From Haliotis cracherodii (taxonomy: Eukaryota): 64,000 nucleotides of DNA. Made by a program: the position numbers and the translations under genes. Shown piece after piece: positions 1-12,900 of this stretch. Position 1 is the stretch's first letter. Every line of letters begins with the position of its first letter. The notes beneath the pieces are model-generated. The model saw only the letters and a list, made by a program, of their open reading frames with translations. It searched no databases and had not been told where the DNA came from. The stretch covers positions 35,526,001 to 35,590,000 of the forward strand of contig NW_027266275.1 in assembly GCF_022045235.1 (NCBI RefSeq), given 5' to 3'.

Positions 1-767
1 CATCAGTTGCATATTGAAACTGGTGGATATGTTAAAATCGTTGGCCTACATTTACCGAAATAAAAAGAGAGAGCCATAGATTGCTGTATACTGTAACTGT
101 CAGTTCAGACACGGATCCAGTCGATTCTACGATAGTGGATGTGCATTTCTTCGTTTTGTTCACTAGGATGGGTCATAGCGAGCATATACATGAACGATCA
201 TGCAGTCAAACGCTCTGACAATTCTCAATGTGTGCTTAAACGCTGAGTTCACGATTAAAGGTCTAAATGATGAGACAGAACGGTTCCGTATGTATTCATG
301 CTAGAGAGGTTACAAGGGTTCCCCTAGGAATGTGGAAGTAGTCCGTCAGGGTTTACGTCATTTCAAGAACACGGTCTCGTGAAAAACGTATGAACGTCAA
401 TTTGTGTCGTTCATACAATTATGAACGTCAATTTAGCTGTCATGTGACCGGCCTCTCGTCCAATGGAAAAGCCGTATATCGTGTAAACTAAACATTAAAC
501 ACTTATATCAATATGAGCCCGTTGATAGTAAAATAGTCTTGACAGTAGTGGGATGGCGAGAAAGACCATCGAGCGAAGACGATCAATCAGATGTCAACAC
601 GGAAAGACTAGGGTACACAATCTGTATTAAACGCTATCCTGACATTTCTAAATAAAATAGAAGTTTATCAATATAAAAATTATTTCGTGAGATAGTTATT
701 CTTGTGTAAAACGTGCCAAGTGTAGACTGACGATTACATAGTTCAGTGTGTTGAACACGGTAGATAG

Positions 768-1113
768 TGAGGTGAGGTGAAATGGGGTTTAACGTCGCGT
801 CCAAGATTATTGCACTTATATAGCGACGTGCAAGTACGTGTGTGTGGCTGCTTGTACTAGTCCGGACTGATGCCGATTAATAGTGCTAGCTCACTGAGAT
901 ACCATGCCGCAGTTTAACATGAATACCCCACTCAGACACAGTATACTGACTCCGAGCCGACCAGTCCTTGTTTTAGCCCCTTAATGCCGAGCGTCAGACA
1001 GGGTAACAACAAGTACCATCTTTTAACGTCTTTTGGTATGACGCGGTCGGGGATCGAACCCCGGACCTTCCGCTCTCCGGGCGGACGCTCTACCACTAGA
1101 CCACGGAGGCGGT
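768..1113 (-). mobile_element. tRNA-derived SINE family A (Meta-domain-like core)
   Basis: A/B-box head, GTCATACCAAAAGACG..ATGGTAC core, (TCACC)n tail, 13-bp TSD ACACGGTAGATAG. Confidence 0.88.
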
Positions 1114-4100
1114 ACACGGTAGATAGCTCTATGGATATACAACTTCATTCGCGGGCTGGATCTGCCATTGCTTTATTACAATAATATCCATAGAACTTTT
1201 CCCCTTTTTCTTCTTAACTTTTCAATGCCACTCAACGAAGTTCATTTTGCTTTATGCCAAACAAATAAATTTGTTTTCTATACAATTGAATGTTATGCTT
1301 AAATTGTATTGTCTAATGATGGCTGGTTGAGTTTTAAACATTGCCCTTTAAACAGCTGTAATAATATGTAATTCATTGATCTACAGAAGGATATTAATTG
1401 CTGTGAGTGACTGAAATAAACACAGATTATTTATTTAATAACAGATAATAGCATAATAACATAAAACAATATCATTATATTTATTAGTTCTCTAACAATG
1501 AACACATTCACACTTATCTAACTTATGACATACGATAAATTATCCCAGAGTAAGAAACAGAATATTACTGAAATAACCATCGGTGGTGGATCCAGAGGCG
1601 GAATTAAGGGGGTGAGTTTATGTACAAAACTGATTAATTTACATGGTCCATTGTAATTGTTGTGCGATGGGAGTCAGTCATGAATTTTTTTTAACAATGA
1701 ATGCAAAATGTATTCTCTTTTGGATCTTTCTCATAGACAGATGCCTCAAAATGCACGAAACACAAAACGGCATGTCCAGTCGGACGTCTCGCCACTATGA
1801 CGTCACTGCTACCGCTCGGCTGCGAGCTGTAAATTCCTCATGCATGTGCGCCGAACTAGTACATCCTCACTCAACACAATACCCCTCGCGTCTTCAATAC
1901 GCCAAAAGTAGCGGAAACTCACTTTATCGCCATGTATATCAATGCAATGTAAACAAAACAAAATGGCGGACGTCTCTCCACTATGACGTCACAGCTACAG
2001 CTCGGCCTCCAGCTGGGATTTCAACATGCATGTGCGCTGATTGTGTGAAGTTGTTGTTGCTTTTTAGATAACAATGAAATCACATATGACTTGGTTTGGG
2101 GTGTAAATACATGTATGTACTTTGTATGACTATTTAACATATTTAAATATCTCCAATAGATCTCCTTTAAGGTGATTGTATCTCTACATATGTACTCTGG
2201 GGTCTGTAAGAGAGGCGAGTTTAAACTCTTGCGTGAAATCAACGCACTTGGGTATGGCAATCCAAGGATCATAATCAGTTATCAATCTAAGATCAGCGGA
2301 TTCCGTTGCGAAAAGGGACGTAACTCTTCACTGCGAATCATATCAGGATACAAGTCCAATTCTCTCCGAGCGGACAGACGATATGACTGACGTCATTATC
2401 TGACTTCATTATCTGAGTAAAAAACATGAAGTCCTCACGGATAAATACTGATATCTGAAGCCAACAACATAATGTGCGATTCTTTCAACGGGAAGGCCAT
2501 ACCTTGTTTGCCCTCGGTACTTCTGTTGCTACTTTTGACAGAAATCGAGCTGAGTGCTTCAGGATTGGATTATATACCCGTAGAAGCAACAACTTCCGCC
2601 ATCTCCTCACCACCCCAATCCCATCCTCCACATTTTTGGCCTTTATAAACTTTATTTTTCTTGGCTTTAGATCACCGAAGTAACACGTAGTATGCATTGT
2701 AGCAACATTTAAACCCAAGATACTAAGAAAGTACAGTAAACACAATTTGTGGTACTGCAATAAATCGAAATTATCTGTATATTGCAGGTATCTTAAATCA
2801 TCGATGGCGACAATAGCGTCGCGGGTTAAGCAGAAGCCATCTTTGTTTCCAAAATCTGAATCATCCGCTAACAATGTACAACTTTACTTTTTCGAAGTTT
2901 TCTGTTTTGTTTTAAATAACTTATTTTCACCTTAAGTACATCTATCATGGCATTGGTCCCAAGACAAGTGTATAATAGTATGGAATACAATTGGATGTAT
3001 ATTGATGTTCCAATACATGACATTAAGAAAAATATTATACATGTAGATACATATTCATGATGATTCTGAAAGCGTTGTGTTTTTTAATTGAAAGTGAACG
3101 TAATGGCGACAACAGCTGTGGACTCAGACGGTGTAGTCCTGTGGTCAGAGTGTGTTACAAACATGACTACAGTCAGTGGTACGTTGTGTCTTGGCTTCTT
3201 TGTTTGTTGTTTAACGCCGCATATTCCAGCTATATGACGGCGGACTGCACATGGCCGAAAACCTGAAAAACCGGTGATTGGTATCTTGAGCAATGACACA
3301 CGCAGTCGCGATACGATGACCCGTCATCAAACAAGAAATGGAACCTGATCCATCGAGTCGTCTTTTACTCTAATCCAGAGGTCTCATTTTTCCCCTCGGA
3401 TTTCCCATTGGATTTCAAAATGGCCGCCATGAACTATTACCATCCAATATTAACGTCATTCTGTTTGAGTTATGCATCGGAATGGTTTAGGTGATGATTC
3501 AAACATTAAAAGAGGTTTGAAATGATTAAAAAACACACGTTTATAGGCCGATAATACAAGTGTGCTTACATTTTTTGGTCTTGAATTGAATTGAATTGTC
3601 AGCTTTAGTCGCCTTACCATTAAACTTGCTCTGCGCCAATATATGCCTGATATGTATAAGCCAGTTAAATCTAACATCTATGTACTTCTGATTCATCAGA
3701 ATTAGGAACCGACATACGGCAGAAGCGGCTGGGATTTTCAAAAAAAGCAAATTGTCCCAGGAAATTCTTGAACAAAATAATTATTCTTCAGACTGTTGAA
3801 AAAAAAGAAATTGTCTATCCAAAAAATTCTATTGTTGCAAGGGTTTTCCTTAAAAAAAGCTGTAGCTAAACAAAAATATGTAATCGCCAGAACCCCTTTG
3901 ATCTTGTCGTTAAAACTCGGATCCAGCTTGGGAGAATCTCCCAGAGGAAATACAGCGTAAGCCATATATAGGTCAATCGCGGACGTAGGAGTAGAAAACC
4001 TCCGATCGGGTTTTCCTTCACCCCTACCGGGTAGCCAAGACTCTTAAGATAAGATTTGCAGCTTAATTAACATGAGTAAAAAGACCATCTCGATACGTTG

Positions 4101-5219
4101 CAGTGTTTGCACTTTAAGTACATGTGTTATATACAATAAAAGACCAAATGTTTATTCAGTTACCCCTAAAAGGTATCTGACGTGCACAGAAGTTGAGGCA
4201 TCTTGTGTGACATCGGTCGGTATGCTCCAATATTTCGGAATACCTCAAAGTCTCTCCCACAACACCTCTACTCCTCACTCCTTGTGGATGGATAGTAGCC
4301 AGAATCTCGTGAAGTAAATTCAGTAAGTCGTTTCATAAGTTGTATGACACATATCTTGTGTTAAAAATCTCTCAGCATGTCCATTGAAATAACGTATGTA
4401 TACGTCATCACGCCTGATATGGGTCTATGCAGAATACAGAATATATTCAAGGTTATTTTGTTCAATACACACTACACAGACATCGTAAAAAAGAAATAAA
4501 CGACGACCACGAGCCGTTTATTTCTTATATGAGATATCAACATACGTACAGCCTCTTTAGGATGTCAGTAAAAAGTACAAGCTTTAAAAATATTAACCCG
4601 TATTAAGTAATGATGACTCCCTGAATAAAATCCGACCGCGGCAATGTCGGACAAGTCCAATTTATGAACAGGTGTGTGTGTGTGTGTGTGTGCGTGCGTA
4701 TGTATTCCCACAATTTTCATGCGGATTTTCTCCCCAAACCAACCGATTGTCATATCCCCCTCACTTTTGTGTGCGATCGTTTGGTCACTACGTTCATCTG
4801 CGCTGTCCAGCTACATCTGTGGGGAACAACTCACTAGACACTTCCCTCTAAAAGATAACGTCATCCAATATACAACCTCATCAAGTTGCGAGCGCATGTC
4901 CGAATCTTCAGAAATTACGTCATGATAGAACCACGTTTGTTTCGTGAAATAAACCACATTACTTTCATCATTTTTCTTTGAGATTTATCGCGTAGGTATC
5001 TTATATATAATAATAATAATAATAATTTTTCATGTTTAAATTATTGGTTATATAAACCACTGAACCTCCTTTCTTTCTCGATCATTATGTGGAAACGATC
5101 TTCGAACTCGCTTCCAGCTTAAAGAAACATCGCACCTCAACACATCCCAGCCATCACCGTGGCTGCCATCACCGACAATAGACTGTGCTCTGACTTGTTG
5201 CCCTTCCAAATGATCACAT

Positions 5220-5500
5220 GAGTGAGTGAGTGAGTTGGGTTTAACGCCGCTTTAAACAGTATTCCAGTTATATCGCGGCGTGTCAGCTTAATGTGGGAGG
5301 AAAGCCCGAAGTGATGCAGGTCTCAGACGTTTACCACATCGGTGAAACCCACGAGCACGGGTATAGTGCTTACAAACCTAGAAACATAATCGGGGCGAAC
5401 CGGGATTCGAACCCACAATCATAGGTTTCTGGCGTGCCCAATGGACGCAACTCTGCACAGAGAATCGCGGCGCCACAGACGACTGGGCCACCCGTGCCCC
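5220..5500 (-). mobile_element. SINE family C copy inside a fold-back/MITE-like inverted repeat
   Basis: Homologous to 13355-13632; flanked by inverted arms ~5068-5160 and ~5545-5638. Confidence 0.84.
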
Positions 5501-6254
5501 CCGGTTAGAAAGAGCATGAGTAAGCGTGTGACGTCATGTGATCAATGGAGACGGCTTGGATGTGTTGGGATGCGTTGTTTTTTAAAGCTGGAAACAAGTT
5601 TGAGGATCGTTTCCACACAAGGAACGAGAAAGAAATGGAAATGCACACTTTGAGAAAGGATAAGTTTGAAATATTGTATTTGCTTTAATGGTTACCAAAT
5701 ACATATTTTAAAACCGAAATCATTACTGCTTTAATGATTCTCATTATTTTCTTTATACAATTATCTGAAAATGTCACCATTTATATCGAAGACCACTACG
5801 GCAGGACTATTTTTGCACACTTCAGCGTGGACGCCTGGTCTCTCCTTCCCACCTACGATCGAAATTTCACAAACGAACCGTTCATGTGAGAATAATATTG
5901 ATGATGATGATGATGATAATTAGCATTAATTAAATAGAAAATTTGAATAAGTACTCAAAAAGGCAAGTTAGCTTTGAGGCGTTCATTGTGGTACAACTGG
6001 TTCATAAACTGCCATCTGAATCTAACAGATTTTAAGCATCAAGCCTCATCCTGATACTCTCTCAGGAACAAAGGGACGGATACCCGTGAAGATCCGGGGT
6101 AGAATAGGTTTTCAGCAACCCATGCTTGCCGTAAAATGCGACTATGCTTGTCGTAAGAGTTGGTTGAAGCATGTCATCGATCCCAATGGCGTGGATCGAT
6201 ACTCATGATATCAATCACTGGATTGTCTGGTCCAGAATCGATTATTTATATCAT

Positions 6255-7043
6255 GGTGTCGGGTGGTATTGGTCTTGCAAAGAGGGTCGGCCCTGTGGTC
6301 TTCCAGAACATCGGTAGAGGGAGAGGGATTGGCGTCACAGCACCTCGGTACATTGATCAAGTCTTGAGACCACAAGCCATACCTCATTTGGCACGTCGCT
6401 GCAACCACGAGTTTCAGCATGTGCCCGTGCCCACACTGCGAGAGCAACAAGAAACTTCCTCCAGCAGAATGGCATCAGAACCATGCAGTGGCCTGCCCTC
6501 AGTCCCGATTTAAATCCCATTGAGCACTTATGGGACGAGATTCAAAGACGGCCGAATGACGTCCGACCAAGGCCAACACCTGCAGCTGAACTGCGTCAGG
6601 CGTTCCTCTGAGTGTGGGCTCAAGTGCCTGTGGCCTTCATCAACCGCCTCATCCATTCCATGTATCGGCGTTGCGCGGCAGTCATCAATGCACATGGGGG
6701 ACACACGAGATACTGACTTGTGATGACATTTCCCAAAGACTAGTGTTGTGTCTCACTTTAAGAGTGAGTGAGTGAGTATGGTTTTACGCCGCTTTAAGCA
6801 ATATTCCAGCAAGATCACGGCGGGGGACACCAGAAATGGGCTTCACACATTGTACCCATGTCGGGAATCGAACCCGGGTCTTCGGCGTGACGAGCGAACG
6901 CTTTAACCACTAGGCTACCCGACCGCCCCAGTTTGGTCAAGTTTCAGCTTTTTAATATGTCTCAAAGTATGTTTACAGTGTTTGGACAAACAAGGTTTCT
7001 CATATATCTATCCATGGTGACGTTTGTTTTGCGGCTCAGTATA
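6255..7043 (+). mobile_element. Tc1/mariner 3' fragment with a SINE inserted
   Basis: WPALSPDLNPIEHLWDE, GHTRY*, TIR-like end ttttgcggctcagtata. Confidence 0.78.
6761..6929 (-). mobile_element. SINE family B copy
   Basis: Reverse complement of 49617-49786. Confidence 0.86.
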
Positions 7044-7789
7044 TTTAAAGAATATTTTTTGTTTCAGTTGATTTTGTATATAATCATATCCGAATGTATG
7101 ATGAAGAATTTCTGTGACCCTGAACATTTTTTGTTACTTTTATTACTTGGTTTATATTTTTTACGACTTTTCAAGCACGGAACTACTTGAAACGACTCTG
7201 CGTGTTAGGTAGGGAGAATTTACGTTTCAGGGTTTTTCATTTGTAATTCGTAATTTGTATAATAAATAGGATATTCCAAGTGTGTGAAAATCATGTTTCT
7301 GTCATCCCCTACTACCCCCCCCCCCCCCCCCCCCCCCGGTCACTCGACTGGTAGGTCCCTAAGAAGCTAAGAAGTCAGTTGGGGACATTAATGCATTCAA
7401 CATAAACTCAAGGACACAAGAAATGTCACGTCGTATATTTTCAAAGCCACAAAATAACAAAGCTATTTTTTAACGGCGATTGTTGTATTTAACAACAGGG
7501 TAATTTTACATGTTTGCATAAACACTGACAAATCCAGGGGAAGAAATTAATTTTATCGACATGTTTTGCGAAGAAGTTTAACTGTAGAATATTCGATCAC
7601 ATCCCCCCCTAAACAACAACAACAAAACAAAACAACAACAAAACAAACAACAACAACAACAAAAAACACCAAAAAAACAAACACAACAAAACAAAAAAAT
7701 AAAATGAGCCGCCACTTTTAAAATGTTAGAAAAAGCAACTATCCAGTCAATATCGGGTGTGTCCTCTCCCTGCTTTGATGCAGGCTCTG

Positions 7790-9180
7790 ACACGGCGCCG
7801 AGCAGAGAAAGTCAGTCGTCTAATGGCTTGCACAAGGATCGGGCGCCATTCTGCCTGCAATGCCAGTGCTCAAGACACTCTTGTCTCTGGACGTGCCTGA
7901 CATTACCTAATCGTCCCAGATGGTCCCACAGATGTTCTGTTCTAGACATGGCAGGAGATCTTGCCGGCCATGGGAAAAGGTTCACGTTGTTGGCGTTATA
8001 AAATGCTCTGGTAATGCGGGCTGTATGAGGCATAGCGTTATCTTGCTGGAATAACGTTTGCAGGTGACGTTGAAGAAATGACAGTACAACTGCCGTTAAC
8101 ACTTTATTGATATAGCCTGCAGGGTAAGATGGCCATAAAACAACAACCAGATCCGTCTTCATGTCTCCACTAATCACACCCTAGGCCATCACACTGCCGC
8201 CCCGTGAAGATCCGGTGTAGAATAGGTCTTCAGCAACCCATGCTTGCCGTAAAAGGCGACTAAGCTTGTCGTAAAAGGCGATTAACGGGATCGGGTGGTC
8301 AGGCTCACTGACTTGGTTGATGCATGTCATCGGCCTCAATTGCGTGTATCGATGCTCATGATATTAATCACTGAATGGTCTGGTCCAGACTTGATTATTT
8401 ACAGACCGCCATCATATAGCTGGAATATTGCTGAGTGCGGCGTTAAACAACCAACCAACCAACCATCACACTGCCACCACCGTATGGTTCAATTTCCTGC
8501 ACGAAACAACGTGCCGTCCGTTCCGCTGGCCAACGAATAAATACGCACCCTGCCATCTGCTTTGAAGAGTTGGAACCTGCTCTCATCGCTAAACATTTCT
8601 CTGACGACAATATTCACGCGTTAACGTCATGCCCTTCAATGATCGGTAGGCTTTCAGACCACAGCGACAAAGTTTTTCTGCTGATGGGATGGCCAAGAGC
8701 ATGTCGTCCCAAAGACGTCACTGTGAGGTATCGGTTCCTAAGGTGACGCAGCCGTAAATGGCGGTTTTCTTAAGGGGACGCAGCCGTAAATGGCGGTCTT
8801 CCTAAGGGTTGGTAACTCTGGGTCTACCTCTCCTGGGCCTGTCTGCCGTTCCACCTGTCTGCCTAAACCGGCTGACTAACCTAAGTATCGTCCTTCTCGA
8901 ACAACCCATTATCCCAGCAACATGGGCCTGAGTTGTCTCATTGCCCTTTATCTCTGTTCCTATGTTTATCGGGTCATGGCCACTTTTGGCAACTGAATGT
9001 GCCAATGCCCGTTTTCGTGCCCGTTTTATACCAGATTTGCAACGGGTATTTATGCAAGGGTTATGCCCTTTTTCCGAGCAAAAAGGGCATTTTCACTCCC
9101 AGCACGTGCACTTTGCGCATGTCTGAATATGTTGCGTTAAGGCGATACGTTAAATAAAATATTAAAAGGTATTTTGACAT
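7790..9180 (-). mobile_element. Decayed Tc1/mariner element interrupted by a retroposon at 8200-8462
   Basis: FQQDNAMPH, PWPARSP..EHLWD, DRPRRGRPRVT; ends approximate. Confidence 0.8.
8200..8462 (+). mobile_element. Non-tRNA-headed SINE-like retroposon family D
   Basis: Starts CCCGTGAAGATCCGG, ends GCGGCGTTAAACAACC(AACC)n, 13-bp TSD CCATCACACTGCC; copies at 6082(+), 14122-14245(-), 17150-17373(-), 54168-54392(+), 28215-28412(-). Confidence 0.85.
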
Positions 9181-9684
9181 CGGTTGAAAATTTACTGAAA
9201 AATATATTTGAGGTACGTAAACAAGGCTCATAGAGTGACAACTACGACATCCATTGGACGTATCCCGTCAAGGATCGCAGTAGTGGTTGTGGATACAGCG
9301 AAGCCCGAGAAGCGGCAGTAGAAATGGAATTATGTCATTGTTCATAATAAAGTTTCATGTCATCATGTTCTGTCAACTTGTTGGTGTCAATCAAATGCTT
9401 CGTTGTGTCAGATGACGGATTTAGCCACCATCAAACATGGATGAGTACTTTATTTTGCTCTGCAGTATATAATGGATAGTGTTATCGATGCGATTTATTA
9501 ATTCGTAAACTTAGTATCACGACCCAATAAATATGCAAATAGGTCACCTAGCCAAATGCTCGAATCCTTTTTCATTTCTAATGTATGACAATTATGATAC
9601 TGAAACACCTTCGACTAATAATCTCTAAACCATACTCTCACTCACCCAACAGACGTAGACAATTGAACAACAATGGGACACTGG

Positions 9685-9690
9685 TTTATT
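9685..9690 (-). promoter_or_regulatory. Candidate polyadenylation signal AATAAA of gene A
   Basis: About 30 nt after the stop codon and conserved at the same position in gene B (47638-47643); a second AATAAA lies at 9494-9499. Confidence 0.4.
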
Positions 9691-9718
9691 AGCACACAGA
9701 CGGGTGTTAGTGATGACG

Positions 9719-9906
9719 TCAACATCCGGGCACTTTGTACGGGAAGTCGCAGGCCTGGGTAAGTTCGTTGAACGCCGTGTATGGAGGGCAGTCGAGCACG
9801 AAGCCAAGCTGCATGTTGCATTGGTAGTACTTCGAGCAAATGTAGGGGTCACGGTATAGGCCGTTGCCACGGCCTTGACAGAAGTCCCCAATGTTTATCG
9901 CAGTAG
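9719..9906 (-). CDS. Chitinase A exon 11 (CBM14 #2, stop TGA)
   Basis: FCQGRGNGLYRDPYICSKYYQC..DCPPYTAFN..ACDF..GC*. Confidence 0.93.
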
Positions 9907-12900
9907 CTGGAGAAGAGAGGTTAGTATGGGTTAGTAGTGTTAGTTTGTGTTTGATACAAATATGATACACGACAATATTCAACGCCTCATTTGGTTAGGG
10001 TGAGTAATAATAATATAATCAATGATCATCGATAATCGATTGTTAGTTAAACGACAGATTACAAAAGATGAATGTTCAGTTGTGCTTTGAAAGCAGAATG
10101 AGTTGGCACTGTCCTAAGATAGTCTGGAAGATGGTTCTACTTGATGAATGAGTGAGTTAAGATTTAAAGTCACATCGGCAATATTTCAGGCATATCGTGA
10201 CGAAGTTCCAATAGGCAAGGAGAAATTGGGTTTACCGTGGCATTCAAGATCATTTCACTTATGAAACGACGCGTATGCATGTGTGGCTGTGTGGCTAGTT
10301 GTACTTGTCCACACTTGTGTCTGTTTTACAATGCTGGCCCAGCGGGATACCATGTCGCAGTTCTAACATGGATACCCCTCCTAGACACAGTATACTGACT
10401 CCCAGCAGACGTTTTCTTGTTTCAGCCCCTTAATGTCGGGCGCCATGCAGGATATCACCGAGCACCATCTTTTAACATATGTTGGTATGACGCGGCCAGG
10501 CCATCGAACCATCGAAATTCCGCTGTCAAGGCAGACGCTCTGTCCACTGCACCACGGAGGCGATCAGGGCATCGACCCATCGACCTTCCATTCTCCGGAC
10601 AGACGCTATGTCCACTGCACCACGGAGGCGATCAGGGTATAGACACATCGACCTTCCATTCTCCGGGCAGACGCTCTGTCCACTGCACCACGCAGGCGAT
10701 CAGGGCATCGACACGTCGAACTTCCGCTCTCTGGGCAGACGCTCTGTCCACTGCACCACGGAGGCGATCAGGGCATCGATCCATCGACCTTCCATTCTCC
10801 GGGCAGACGCTCTAGATCTGTCCACTGCACCACGGAGGCGATCAGGGCATCGACCCATCGACCTTCCATTCTCCGGGCAGACGCTCTGTCCACTGCACCA
10901 CGGAGGCGATCAGGGTATCGACACATCGACCTTCCATTCTCCGGGCAGACGCTCTGTCCACTGTACCACGGAGGCGATCAGGGTATCGACCCATCGACCT
11001 TCCATTCTCCGGGCAGACGCTATGTCCACTGCACCACGGAGGCGATCAGGGCATCGACCCATCGACCTTCCATTCTCCGGGCAGACGCTCTGTCCACTGC
11101 ACCACGGAGGCGATCAGGGTATCGACACATCGACCTTCCATTCTCCGGGCAGACGCTCTGTCCACTGTACCACGGAGGCGATCAGGGTATCGACCCATCG
11201 ACCTTCCATTCTCCGGGTAGACGCTCTGTCCACTGCACCACGGAGGCGATCAGGGCATCGACACGTCGACCTTCCATTCTCCGGGCAGACGCTCTAGATC
11301 TGTCCACTGTACCACGGAGGCGATCAGGGCATCGACCCATCGACCTTCCATTCTCCGGGCAGACGCTCTGTCCACTGCACCACAGAGGCGATCAGGGCAT
11401 CGAGATTTCGACCTTCCGCTCTTTGGGCAGACGCTCTGTCAACGGAGCCGGTTTCATTATTTGGTGGTGCAATGAGGTTTAACGTCGCGTCCAAGATTAT
11501 TGCACTTATATAGCGACGTGCATGCATGTGTGCGTGTCTGCTTGTACTAGTCCGGACTGATGCCGATTCATAGTGCTAGCTCACTGAGATACCATGCCGC
11601 AGTTTAATTTGAGTACCTCACTCAGACACAGTCCTTGCTCTAGCCCCTTAATGCCGAACGCTAGACAGGGTAACAACAAGTACCATCTTGTAAAGTCTTT
11701 TTGTATGACGCGGCCGGGGATCGAACCCTTCGCTTCTCCGGGTGGGCGCTCTACCACTAGACCACGAGACCACTGAGGTGGTTTCGTTATTAGGCTTGAG
11801 CAAGGTGATTAAACCTTGCCTGTTGTAATGTAGGCCCAATTTTAATTCTTGTTTTTAGAATTTCTCGACCATAATTGCCAGATACAACTGAACAAAATAA
11901 ATTTAGTGGCTGATGAAGGAAACAAAAAAAATGACTTGCGAATGGCAGACCATCTCACCCAAGGACAGAAATATAGTTCCATACAGATGACGACATGTAG
12001 TTAGTATATTAATACATGGACACCAACGAAATGTTAAATATGAAATGTTGCATCCTTGTTTTAACCTTCTTTTACTTGAAAGTATGTCGCGAAAGCATAA
12101 AATCGTGGCTAAAAAGTTCACCCTGTGGTTAAATCATGCAGAAAGGCTAGATAAACACTAGCTTTAAAGTACAACGTGGCTCGCTGACTTGGTTGATGCA
12201 TATAATCGTATCCCAATTGCGTAGATCGATGCTCATGATGTCAATCACTGGATTGTCTGGTCCAGACTCGATCATTTACACTAGCCGGAATATTGCTGAG
12301 TGCGGAGTTAAACAACGAACAAACACTCAGTGGCTAGATAGAACACTGCGGTTAGATAATACACATTGTGTAGAAAGAACGTTGTGACTAGATAGTCGCA
12401 AGAAGGTACGCAGTTGCTAGAGTGAGTGAGTGAGTTGGGTTTAACGCCGCTTTTAACAGTATTATATTCATATCGCGGCGTGTCAGCTTAATGTGGGAGA
12501 AAAGGCCCGAACGGATGCAGGTGTCAGACGTTTACCACTTCAGTGAAACCCACGAGCACGGGTATGGTTCTGACAAACCTAGAAACATAATCGGGGTGAA
12601 CCGGGATTCGAACCCACAATCATAGGTTTCTGGCGTGCCCAATTTGGGTTTCCTGTAGAGATGTACACATGCTGCACTACAGATACTTTAGCTTGGGTTT
12701 AAAGTTTACGAATTTATGAATTTATGAAAAATCAAATATAGTCGATTAAATTGGAAGGAAGTGGAACTCACGGTTTCTCGTGGTTTGTCTGGGTGTGTAA
12801 GGCCTCTGTGTGTAAGGCCTCTGTGTTGAAGGCATCTGTGTGTAAGGCCTCTGTGTTGAAGGCATCTGTGTGTAAGGCATCTGTGTAGAAGGCCTCTGTG

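Noticed and set aside
10417-11297. Repetitive ORFs over the 68-bp array, and possible tandem tRNA genes
   Set aside because: Units are truncated SINE heads with a degenerate B-box and no complete cloverleaf or terminator; the ORFs are repeat artefacts.
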